Under the pieces are notes generated by a model that saw only the letters and a program-made list of their open reading frames with translations, did not search any database and had not been told where the DNA came from. This document shows, in pieces, positions 26,164-34,095 of a stretch of DNA of 64,000 bases. The position numbers were made by a program, and so were the translations under genes. This DNA is from Christensenella sp. UBA1428. GTDB lineage: Bacteria > Bacillota > Clostridia > Christensenellales > UBA1750. Position 1 is the stretch's first letter; every line of letters starts with the position of its first letter. The DNA is taken from NCBI GenBank assembly GCA_002329335.1, contig DCTY01000024.1:3632-67631 (forward strand). The letters are read 5' to 3'.

Positions 26164-27021
26164 CTATGCCAGCGTCACGCGCAGCGTGCCGATCTGCTCG
26201 ATGGTCACGTCGACCGTATCGCCGGCCTTCAGCCAGACCTGATCCTGCGGCGCATAGCCGCCGATCACGCCGTCCGGCGTTCCGGTAAAAATCATATCGC
26301 CCGGGCGCAGGGTGACATATTTGGAAATTTCGCTGATCAGATAATCCGGCTTGAATATCATGTTTTCGGTGTTGGAGTGCTGGCGCTGCTCCCCGTTGAC
26401 ATAGCTGGCGATGCGCAGATGGCCCGCATCGATACTCTGCGCCGTGACGACGTACGGGCCGGTTGGGCCGCATCCGTCCATCGTCTTGCCCAGCAGCCAC
26501 TGGGAAGTGCGTTTTTGAATATCCCGCGCCGACAAATCGTTGCCGCAGGTATAGCCAAAAATGGCGTCGCGCGCCTGCTGCACCGTTACATCCCGGCAGG
26601 TCTTGCCCAGAATCACCACCAGCTCCGCCTCATAATCGTACTGATACGCATGCCTGCTGAGCTTGACCGTGCCAAGGTGCGCATTGTGCGCATTTTCGAA
26701 TTTTGAAAACACCACCGGCGCAGGCGGCAGCGCATGTCCGGTTTCCGCCGCATGCGCCGCATAGTTTACGCCGATGCACAGGATTTTTTCCCCGCCCGTC
26801 AGCGCCGGCGCAAAGCAGAGCGTTTCTTCCTTTAATACAACCGGCTTTGCCTGCGCCAGAATCTGCTCAATCGCCCCGGTTCCCTGGCGCGCCGCTTCCA
26901 GCATGGTCGCCGGCGCCGCTATGGCGCAGGACTGCGCCATAGCGCCGACATCATACAATCCCTGCGGCGTCCAAACGCCCAGCGCAGGCGCGCCGTCTTT
27001 TAAAAACTGAAATAATTTCAT
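26164..27021 (-). CDS. Fumarylacetoacetate hydrolase (FAH) family protein
   Basis: Start moved to ATG 27021 (SD AAGGAG); the ORF-track N-terminal 90 aa are not protein-like. Motifs: CIGVNYAAH, YEAELVVILGK, MIFTGTPDGV. Confidence 0.85.
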   Translation of the reverse strand: MKLFQFLKDGAPALGVWTPQGLYDVGAMAQSCAIAAPATMLEAARQGTGAIEQILAQAKPVVLKEETLCFAPALTGGEKILCIGVNYAAHAAETGHALPPAPVVFSKFENAHNAHLGTVKLSRHAYQYDYEAELVVILGKTCRDVTVQQARDAIFGYTCGNDLSARDIQKRTSQWLLGKTMDGCGPTGPYVVTAQSIDAGHLRIASYVNGEQRQHSNTENMIFKPDYLISEISKYVTLRPGDMIFTGTPDGVIGGYAPQDQVWLKAGDTVDVTIEQIGTLRVTLA

Positions 27022-27414
27022 CGTGCTTTTGCTCCTTTTACAAGATTCCGATGGCTTTATTTTACCATTCTTCGGCAATTTTGTATACATTTTCCATTCA
27101 CCGGCGCGCATGTTTGTCCCTGATGCGCAGACAATAATCCTGAAATTGCATGAAAAGGAGCTTTTCCAATGGCCCGATACAAGCGCGTCTCCGTTTCCCT
27201 TTTTGATACCTATCCCACACTGCGCACCAAAAAACACGACCGGCGCGGCGTATGCCTGCCCGACAAGCAGGCGCAGGACGCTCTGCGCCAATGGTGTCAG
27301 GAAAACCAGCTTTAGCCCAATGAAACGCCGAAAGGATACCTGCGTCCCCGCTGCGCAGCGCGCAGCCGGCGCATCAAATCAAAGCCCGCCGCCCAGCTAA
27401 ATTCGCCGCAGCCG

Positions 27415-27690
27415 TCAAAACGCAATCGGCGCAACCGTCGTTTTGCTGCCCACGCGCGTAACGCGGTAAAACCCGATCAGCGCGCCATGTCCCCCCGCCC
27501 GATATTCCTGCATGGCCGCCGCCACAGCGTTTGGCTCAAAGCGTACAGAAAGCCCGCAGCCGATCGCAACCTCCCGCGGCGTTGAAATCAGCCGGCAGGC
27601 AACATTGCGGCGGCGCAGCGCAGCGGCAAATTTCTGCACCGCAGAGCGTGAACGAAACGAGGCGATGGCAAAGTTTTCCGAATAATTCAT
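27415..27690 (-). CDS. DUF3343 family small protein (putative S/Se carrier-like)
   Basis: Only the last 91 codons of track ORF 27415..28161 are protein-like. ATG 27690 has SD GGGAGGG. FAIASFRSRSAVQKF...LISTPREVAIGCGLSVRF is the typical DUF3343 pattern. Confidence 0.65.
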   Translation of the reverse strand: MNYSENFAIASFRSRSAVQKFAAALRRRNVACRLISTPREVAIGCGLSVRFEPNAVAAAMQEYRAGGHGALIGFYRVTRVGSKTTVAPIAF

Positions 27691-27771
27691 AAAAACCCTC
27701 CCGCGGCCGTCATGTTTTGCCCGACCGCCGCAATATAGTGTATGGAAAAACGCGCCATAAAGTGAGGGCTT

Positions 27772-28914
27772 ATGATTTATCTTGACAACGCCGCCACCAC
27801 CTTTCCCAAACCAAAACAGGTCGGCGCCGCCATGCGCGGGTATGTGGACAAACTCGGTGCGAATCCCGGCCGCGCCGGCCACGACCCATCCGTGCGCGCC
27901 GGCGCGCTGGTTGAAGCGACGCGATCGCTCGCCGCCTCGTTTTTCAATCTGGATGACAGCCGCGGCGTCATCTTTTGCCAAAACTGCACCGATGCGCTGA
28001 ACCTGGCCATCAAAGGCAGCGTGCAGCCGGGCATGCATGTCGTCACCACCATGCTGGAACACAATTCTGTCCTGCGCGTGGTAAAGACGCTGGAGCGGCG
28101 CGGCGTCATCACCCTGTCCATTGTCGCCCCTTCCAGCGACGGCACCGTACGCCCCGAACACCTGGTCAAAGCGGTCACCGCCCGCACAGGACTTGTGATT
28201 TTAACCCATGCCTCCAATGTCCTGGGCCGATTTAACGACGTGGAAACCGTCGGGGCCTACTGCCGCCGGCGCGGCATCCGTTTTTTGGTGGACGCTGCCC
28301 AAAGCGCGGGCGCAGCCGCCATCGACCTTGCCGCCCAAAAAATCGACCTTCTGGCCTGCGCCGGGCATAAAGGGCTTTACGGCCCGCAGGGCACCGGACT
28401 TTTGTGCATCCGCTCCGGGCTTGCCTTAACGCCGCTGCGCGAAGGCGGCACCGGTACGGAAAGCGCTCGAATGACGCAGCCGGACGAATGGCCCGAGCGG
28501 TTTGAAAGCGGCACGCTCAACGCCCCCGGCATTGCGGGGCTCTTTGCCGGTCTGCGCTATGTAACCAAAAACCGCGCGCAGATTCTCAGCCACGAGCAAA
28601 ATCTGGCCATGCTGCTGACCCGGGAATTGTCGCATATGAACGGCGTCACCGTCTACCCGCCCACGCAGGGCGCGCCGCAGGCCGGCGTCGTTTCTTTCAA
28701 CGTCGGGGATCTGCCCTCCGGCCAGGTCGCCGATCTTTTGAGCGATCGCGGCTTCGCCGTGCGCGCCGGGCTGCACTGTGCGCCGCTGGTGCATGCCTAT
28801 CTGGGCACAACCCAGCGCGGCGCCGTGCGCGCCAGCTTCGGCGCGTTCAACACCCCCTCGGAACTGGACGCATTTTGCGCCGCCGTGTCGGAAATTTCGC
28901 GCTGCTGTCAATAA
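27772..28914 (+). CDS. Class V aminotransferase / cysteine desulfurase family protein
   Basis: Starts MIYLDNAATTFPKP. PLP-Lys context ACAGHKGLYGPQG. C-terminal RAGLHCAP active-site Cys loop. Confidence 0.85.
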   Translation: MIYLDNAATTFPKPKQVGAAMRGYVDKLGANPGRAGHDPSVRAGALVEATRSLAASFFNLDDSRGVIFCQNCTDALNLAIKGSVQPGMHVVTTMLEHNSVLRVVKTLERRGVITLSIVAPSSDGTVRPEHLVKAVTARTGLVILTHASNVLGRFNDVETVGAYCRRRGIRFLVDAAQSAGAAAIDLAAQKIDLLACAGHKGLYGPQGTGLLCIRSGLALTPLREGGTGTESARMTQPDEWPERFESGTLNAPGIAGLFAGLRYVTKNRAQILSHEQNLAMLLTRELSHMNGVTVYPPTQGAPQAGVVSFNVGDLPSGQVADLLSDRGFAVRAGLHCAPLVHAYLGTTQRGAVRASFGAFNTPSELDAFCAAVSEISRCCQ

Positions 28915-28938
28915 TGTTCAAAAAAATTTAAAAATATG

Positions 28939-28968
28939 TTGACAATTTTATCGTTTTAGTGCTATACT
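28939..28968 (+). promoter_or_regulatory. Near-consensus sigma-A promoter with extended -10 (orphan)
   Basis: TTGACA (28939-28944), 18-nt spacer ending in TGc, TATACT (28963-28968). AT-rich upstream stretch (aaaaaatttaaaaatat). Confidence 0.65.
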
Positions 28969-28974
28969 AAATGC

Positions 28975-29080
28975 AACAAATCGATGGTAAACATCGTTAC
29001 AATCGTCTTATCGTCCGCAGCTTTTCCCTCCTGCGGCACCATATAAGCCCGGCCAGCACGGCCGGGCTTTTCTCATTTTT
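28975..29080 (+). ncRNA. Candidate small RNA (~105 nt) between an orphan promoter and an intrinsic terminator
   Basis: Lies downstream of TTGACA-N18-TGcTATACT. Stem-loop CGAUG-GUAAA-CAUCG (28982-28996). Stem-loop CCGCAG-CUUUUCCCUC-CUGCGG (29015-29036) with a C/U-rich anti-SD loop. Terminator AGCCCGGCC-AGCAC-GGCCGGGCU plus a U-tract (29046-29080). No SD-led ORF. Prediction only. Confidence 0.4.
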
Positions 29081-29313
29081 CAAAGGCGTCTCTTAGTTCC
29101 GTTGTTTTATGTCTGCTCCTGACAAAATCCATTTTCACGGATGATACGAACCGCTCTCCCGATCAGCGTTTCTGCCCGTCTTCGGGCAGCGTACCAGCAT
29201 TCCCCATTTTAACGCGGCTGCGCCTTTCCCCATCCAGGATACCCGATGATGCTCCCAACCGTACAGGCTTTCAACGGCAGCTGTCTTTAACCGCGCATCC
29301 CGGATCCGCGCGC

Positions 29314-29340
29314 AAAAAGCACGCGTTGTTTCGCGCCTGC
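29314..29340 (-). terminator. Terminator-like hairpin with U5 on the reverse strand
   Basis: Reverse strand GCAGGCGCG-aaacaa-CGCGUGC-UUUUU, about 135 nt downstream of the S2P-like gene stop. Confidence 0.45.
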
Positions 29341-29390
29341 ATCCTGTTGGCGTTTTCTTATGTGCGCCTTGTTTTCTTTTGAAATCATCA

Positions 29391-29433
29391 GACGCCCGGG
29401 CGCAATTTCCTCCCCTTGCTGCGCCCGGGCGCC
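29391..29433. repeat. Twin self-complementary GC palindromes forming a 13-bp hairpin
   Basis: GACGCCCGGGCGC (29391-29403) and GCGCCCGGGCGCC (29421-29433), separated by 17 nt. The loop reads AAUUUCCUCCCCUUGCU on + and AGCAAGGGGAGGAAAUU on -. Confidence 0.6.
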
Positions 29434-29472
29434 TTGTGCTGCACGACCCTCTATCTTTAGCGCATTTTCGTT

Positions 29473-30627
29473 TCAACAATCCGTTGGCACCGGGTCTTGC
29501 TGTTTGATGAACCTGGCGTCAATGCGCGCCATGAGCGCCTGCTCCGTCGCAATTTCACCGGCAACCGGATAGGAGCGCACAGTTTTTTCAAATCGCTGCA
29601 AATGCTGCCGGGCCTGCTGCGCATCACCCCGGGCCATCGCTCTGGTGTATGCAAGCCGATGCCGGGCAGGCATGGTAGAGCCGGCGCGGATATATTTTTC
29701 CAGCTCCGGCGTTTCCAGCGCACGCTGCTTTTGCGTATCGCCCGCCATCACCGCCAAATACAGCCTTTCGCACCGGGCCTCCAGGCTGAGCAAACCCAAA
29801 AGCCCGGGGCAGGCCAGCATCTGATCCGCCAACGCCGCCGCCTCCTGTTCCTGACCCAAATCGATCAGGCGGCTTACCCGCATCCCGGCGACTGCGGCAA
29901 CCATGCTGTTGGTATAATCGGGGTTTTCCGGCAAGTCAAACCACTGCGCCTGCATTTGACCCAGCCGCATCCCCTGCGTCGCAAGCGCATTGACCTGAAG
30001 CTGAATCCAGAAAAGCCGCCTGCTGTACGGATCTTTGCCCAAGGTCCTGGCGTTTTCGCCGTCATTGGCCAGCCCGCCGGCGCGCATGGGAATCAGATTG
30101 CTCAGCCCCACCACCGCGCCGCAGAGCGCAAAAACCATCAGAAACAGCGCTGCATACGGCGCAGCCCTCCGGCACGCCCACACCGGCGCCATCGCCAAAA
30201 GCGCAAAGATCAGATTGAACGCCCCGCCGCCCAGATTATACCAGAAATACGGCGTCTGCTCCGGCGCGGTCTGCGGCGGAGCCATCAGGCATTGTCCGCC
30301 CGTCCCCGCCAGGGAAAAACGCTTGACCGACAAGCGTCCGTTTTGGTTGACCAGCGTCAGGCTGCCCACGCGGAAGGAAACCAGCGTATAGCCGGTTAGC
30401 CGGCCAAAGAACCAGTGTCCGCCCTCATGCAGGATAAAATGGATCAAAATCCCTGCCGCCATAAAGCCGATCAGCGCCAGCATGACCAGCGGCCCCGCCT
30501 GCCCGCCCATGCACCACTCACACAAAAGCACCGAAACAAAGCCAAAAACTGCGCCAACCATCAGCCCAGCCGCCATACCGCCCCATTTTTTCATCCGCGC
30601 CGGCCATCGGGAAGTTTTATTTTTCAT
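29473..30627 (-). CDS. Site-2-protease-like (M50/DUF3267-type) membrane metalloprotease with C-terminal helical-repeat domain
   Basis: HExxH within a TM helix (ILHEGGHWFFG) and a second S2P-type motif NLIPMRAGGLANDG. C-terminal TPR-like helical region. Its SD (AGGAGG) overlaps the glpK stop codon. Confidence 0.65.
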   Translation of the reverse strand: MKNKTSRWPARMKKWGGMAAGLMVGAVFGFVSVLLCEWCMGGQAGPLVMLALIGFMAAGILIHFILHEGGHWFFGRLTGYTLVSFRVGSLTLVNQNGRLSVKRFSLAGTGGQCLMAPPQTAPEQTPYFWYNLGGGAFNLIFALLAMAPVWACRRAAPYAALFLMVFALCGAVVGLSNLIPMRAGGLANDGENARTLGKDPYSRRLFWIQLQVNALATQGMRLGQMQAQWFDLPENPDYTNSMVAAVAGMRVSRLIDLGQEQEAAALADQMLACPGLLGLLSLEARCERLYLAVMAGDTQKQRALETPELEKYIRAGSTMPARHRLAYTRAMARGDAQQARQHLQRFEKTVRSYPVAGEIATEQALMARIDARFIKQQDPVPTDC

Positions 30628-30636
30628 CCTGTCCTC

Positions 30637-32124
30637 CTATGGATTGGCCCATGCCTGGCTGCGGCCAACCGCCTTATGCCAGCCGTCCAGCAGCGCGCCG
30701 GCCTGTTCGCGCGGCATCGTCGGGGTAAAGGAATCCCCCGCCTGCCAAAACGCGCTCAAATCCGCCCACTGCCAAAGCCCAACGCCCAGCCCGGCCAAAA
30801 ACGCCGCGCCCTGCGCCGTAACCTCAAAATTGCGCATCCGTACCACTGAAACGCCCAGAAGATCGCTCTGAAACTGCATCAGAAAATCGTTCTGGCTTGC
30901 GCCGCCGTCCACGCGCAAAAGCGGCAGCAGCGCCCGGCTGTCCTTTTCCATGGCGCGAATGACATCGCAGGACTGATACGCGATGCTCTCCAGCGCTGCG
31001 CGCACCAGATGCGCCCTGCCCGTGCCGCGCGTCAGACCGACGATCGTCCCTCTGGCATACATATCCCAATACGGCGCGCCAAGGCCCGTAAACGCCGGCA
31101 CGACGTAGACGCCGCCGGTGTCCGCAACGCTCCTGGCCACCGCCTCGCTCTCCTGCGCCGACTGGATCAGCCCCAATTCGTCGCGCAGCCACTGCACCAC
31201 GGCGCCTGCGACAAACACGCTGCCCTCCAGCGCATACGCGGTTTTTCCGCCGATGGTCCAGGCGACGGTCGTCAGCAGACGGTTTTGCGACCAAACCGGC
31301 GTCTCTCCGGTCTGCATCAGCACAAAGCAGCCCGTCCCATAGGTATTTTTAACCATGCCGCGCTCGATGCAGCCCTGCCCGAACAACGCCGCCTGCTGAT
31401 CGCCCGCCAGGGCGGCAATGGGAATTTCCCGGCCCAAAATTGCGGCGTCCATCTGGCCGACCACGCCGGAGGTATCCACAATCCGGGGCAGATATTCCCG
31501 CTTGATGCCCAAAAGCGCCAGAAGCTCATCGTCCCAGCTGCATGTATTGAGATTCATCAGCATCGTGCGCGATGCATTGGACGGATCGGTCACATATGTT
31601 TTCCCGCCGGTCAGATGCCAGATCAAAAACGAATCCACCGTGCCAAACCGCAGCGTTCCCGCCTGCGCAGCCTGTTTAACGCCCGGCTCATTGGCCAGCA
31701 TCCAGGCAAACTTCGTCCCGGAAAAATAAGCGTCCGGCAAAAGGCCGGTCTTTTCCCGAATCCGTTCGCCATGGCCGGCCCGCGTCAACGCCAGACAAAG
31801 CGGCGCAGTACGGCGGCACTGCCAGACAATGGCGTCGCAAAGCGGCTCGCCCGTGCGCGCATCCCACGCCAGCGCCGTCTCCCGCTGGTTGGAAATCCCG
31901 ACCGCACAGATATCCGCCGCGTCCACCCCGCCGCGGCGTATCGCGCCGCGCATCGCCTCCAGCTGGGAATTTAAAATATCCTGCGGCCGGTGCGAAACCC
32001 ATCCGGGCTTCGGATAGTGCTGGTCAAACGCAACCGCGCAGGACGCCTTAACCGCCGCATGCTGGTCAAAGAGCACCGCGCGGGAGCTGGTCGTCCCCTG
32101 ATCAAGCGCTAGAACATATTTCAT
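30637..32124 (-). CDS. glpK: Glycerol kinase
   Basis: Start moved to ATG 32124 (SD AGGAGG). Starts MKYVLALDQGTTSSRAVLFD, with the FGGY kinase pattern throughout. 495 aa. Confidence 0.95.
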   Translation of the reverse strand: MKYVLALDQGTTSSRAVLFDQHAAVKASCAVAFDQHYPKPGWVSHRPQDILNSQLEAMRGAIRRGGVDAADICAVGISNQRETALAWDARTGEPLCDAIVWQCRRTAPLCLALTRAGHGERIREKTGLLPDAYFSGTKFAWMLANEPGVKQAAQAGTLRFGTVDSFLIWHLTGGKTYVTDPSNASRTMLMNLNTCSWDDELLALLGIKREYLPRIVDTSGVVGQMDAAILGREIPIAALAGDQQAALFGQGCIERGMVKNTYGTGCFVLMQTGETPVWSQNRLLTTVAWTIGGKTAYALEGSVFVAGAVVQWLRDELGLIQSAQESEAVARSVADTGGVYVVPAFTGLGAPYWDMYARGTIVGLTRGTGRAHLVRAALESIAYQSCDVIRAMEKDSRALLPLLRVDGGASQNDFLMQFQSDLLGVSVVRMRNFEVTAQGAAFLAGLGVGLWQWADLSAFWQAGDSFTPTMPREQAGALLDGWHKAVGRSQAWANP

Positions 32125-32220
32125 GGCGCGCGCCTCCTTTTGTTTTCTGGTTCTGATTTTATTATACGCGTTTTCACACCCGCGCACAAGCGCGCATACA
32201 ATCTACCGGGAGGGATGAAG

Positions 32221-32463
32221 ATGAACCAGCAGGAAGGCTACCAGAGAATCGACGCTTGGCACCGGGCGCGTAAAGCGACGGAAACAACCGCCCGCCAAAG
32301 CGACAAATGGGCCGCGCTGCACGCGGGCGCGCTGACCCATCACGAGGATGCGCGCATCGACCCGCCGCAGCCCTATACCCCCGCGCGCAGTGTGTACATA
32401 AAGCAGATCAACAACCGCATCGACCGTGCCATCGCCCGCACGGATCACCCGGGCAAACCGTAA
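32221..32463 (+). CDS. Hypothetical small protein (80 aa)
   Basis: SD GGGAGGG at 32208-32214, with ATG at 32215 and 32221. No family recognised. A sigma-E-like -10 (CATACAAT, 32195-32202) lies upstream. Coding status uncertain. Confidence 0.35.
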   Translation: MNQQEGYQRIDAWHRARKATETTARQSDKWAALHAGALTHHEDARIDPPQPYTPARSVYIKQINNRIDRAIARTDHPGKP

Positions 32464-32625
32464 AAAATCGCGTGCATCCGGCGCCGGAACATGGTATAAT
32501 GAGGTCAAAAGAAAGCTCCCCCATTTTAACTCCATCCATTTCCGGCGCGCCGGCTTGAGCGTTCCGCCCGAAAAACATCAGGCGGGCTGCACGCCGGCAA
32601 TACAAAAGTCCAGGAGGATTCCACC

Positions 32626-33591
32626 ATGAAACTAAGCGTACTGACCGGATTGCTCTATGACATGCCGTTTGAAAAAGCCGCGGCGTACTTAAGCCGCAAC
32701 GGCGTCCAGGCCGTTGAGCTGGGCGTGGGCGGTTTTCCCGGAAACACCCATTGCAATCCCGAAATTCTGCTGCACGACAAGGCCAAACTGCGCGATTTCA
32801 AACAGATCCTTGCCGACAACGGCCTTGAAATCGCCGCGCTTTCCTGCCACGGCAACCCGGTGCATCCCCAAAAGCAAATCGCCCAAAGCGCGCACGATCA
32901 ATTTATCCGCGGCGCGCAGCTGGCCGGCGAACTGGGCGTAACGCGCATGGTCGGCTTTAGCGGCTGCCCGGGCGACTGCGACCAAAGCCAATACCCCAAC
33001 TGGGTCACCTGCCCCTGGCCGGAGGACTTTCTCAAGGTGCTGACCTACCAATGGGAGGAAAAGCTCATCCCCTACTGGCAAAAGGCGCAGGCGCAGATCG
33101 GCGCATACGGCGTGGAGCAGATCGCCCTGGAAATGCACCCGGGGTTTTGCGTCTACAATCCCGAAACGCTTTTAAAGCTCCGCCGCGCCGTTGGCAGCCG
33201 CATCGGCGCAAACTTCGACCCTTCCCACCTGTTCTGGCAGGGCATCGACCCGGTGGCGGCGATCCGCGCGCTGTCCGGCGCCATCTATTTTTTCCATGCC
33301 AAGGACACCGGGATCGACCGGATCAACACCGACCGTTTCGGCGTTTTGGACACCAAGCACTATAGCGATGAATTAAACCGCTCCTGGATTTTCCGAACCG
33401 TCGGCTATGGCCACAGTGAACCCGTCTGGCGCGATATGTTTACCGCGCTGCGCATGACCGGCTACGACGGTTATATCTCAATCGAGCACGAGGACAGCCT
33501 GATGACGCCGGACGAAGGGCTGAAAAAAGCCATTGAAGTGCTCAAGCGCACGATGATGTTCCAGGACAAGGGCGCTATGTGGTGGGCATAA
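32626..33591 (+). CDS. Sugar phosphate isomerase/epimerase (xylose isomerase-like TIM barrel)
   Basis: SD AGGAGG. Pattern: IALEMHPG...FDPSHLFWQGID...FHAKD...SIEHED. Confidence 0.85.
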   Translation: MKLSVLTGLLYDMPFEKAAAYLSRNGVQAVELGVGGFPGNTHCNPEILLHDKAKLRDFKQILADNGLEIAALSCHGNPVHPQKQIAQSAHDQFIRGAQLAGELGVTRMVGFSGCPGDCDQSQYPNWVTCPWPEDFLKVLTYQWEEKLIPYWQKAQAQIGAYGVEQIALEMHPGFCVYNPETLLKLRRAVGSRIGANFDPSHLFWQGIDPVAAIRALSGAIYFFHAKDTGIDRINTDRFGVLDTKHYSDELNRSWIFRTVGYGHSEPVWRDMFTALRMTGYDGYISIEHEDSLMTPDEGLKKAIEVLKRTMMFQDKGAMWWA

Positions 33592-33757
33592 TCCCGCGCC
33601 ATTACGCCCCCAAGCTTCCCGCCGCCGCGCCTTATAAACAAATTGCGCCGGCTTTGCCGCTTGCGCATCCAGCGAGCGCCAAATTCATATTTTCAATAAA
33701 GCCTGCCCCGTTATCGGGCAGACGCAGTTGTCAAAAAAAGCTTTTCTGGCAGCCTGT

Positions 33758-33783
33758 AACCACCCGGAAGGGTGGTTTTCTTA
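33758..33783 (+). terminator. Intrinsic terminator downstream of the sugar-phosphate isomerase gene
   Basis: AACCACCC-ggaa-GGGTGGTT followed by TTCTT. Confidence 0.7.
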
Positions 33784-34020
33784 TGCCAAAACGCGCTTAC
33801 GGCATGAAACTGCGCACAGGTCCACCGGACGTTAAACGAGCAAACAAAGCCGCCGGGCTGTCATCATCAAGATATACCCACATGTAGGATAAAAGGAAAC
33901 TGTCCTTAACTTTTCTGCTGGTTGCAGCGCCAAAGCCGCCGGCAGGTGTTTTTTGGCGCAATTCGAATCGCTGTTTTTCACGATGAATTCAAATAATTTC
34001 CCCAAAATAATGAAAAATGA

Positions 34021-34048
34021 TTGCATTTTATGAAAAAATGTGTATGCT
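34021..34048 (+). promoter_or_regulatory. Sigma-A-type promoter of the SulP transporter gene
   Basis: TTGCAT-N16-TATGCT within an AT-rich stretch, about 45 nt upstream of ATG 34096. Confidence 0.45.
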
Positions 34049-34095
34049 AATGCTTTGGCACTATGCCGATTTCTTACAGGAACGGAGCAGAACGC

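Noticed and set aside
26164-27291. Long N-terminal extensions of several track ORFs (26164..27291, 27415..28161, 45334..46812, 50305..51690, 50845..51765, 40640..42049, 42772..43932, 57098..57760, 57654..58544)
   Set aside because: The extensions are not protein-like and lack SDs. Internal ATG/GTG/TTG codons preceded by GGAGG-type SDs give proteins of the length and N-terminus expected for each family.
29081-29310. Possible riboswitch (cobalamin, THF, lysine, glycine, TPP or FMN considered) on the minus strand
   Set aside because: Only short fragments match (GCCCGAAGAC, CGCGUUAA, AUGGGGAAUG, GAGAGCGG). The genuine B12 riboswitch at 44.9 kb shows what a full match looks like in this genome. 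No gene follows on that strand, so I make no class call and the question is left for cmscan.
29135-29479. 114-aa minus-strand ORF in the gene-free interval
   Set aside because: It has no SD, overlaps the stop of the upstream gene, and has an Arg/Lys/Gly/Cys-rich composition with no family resemblance. It is treated as non-coding.
33783-33887. 34-codon ORF (MPKRAYGMKLRTGPPDVKRANK...) after the isomerase terminator
   Set aside because: It has no SD and starts inside the terminator U-tract. The sequence is basic and low-complexity.
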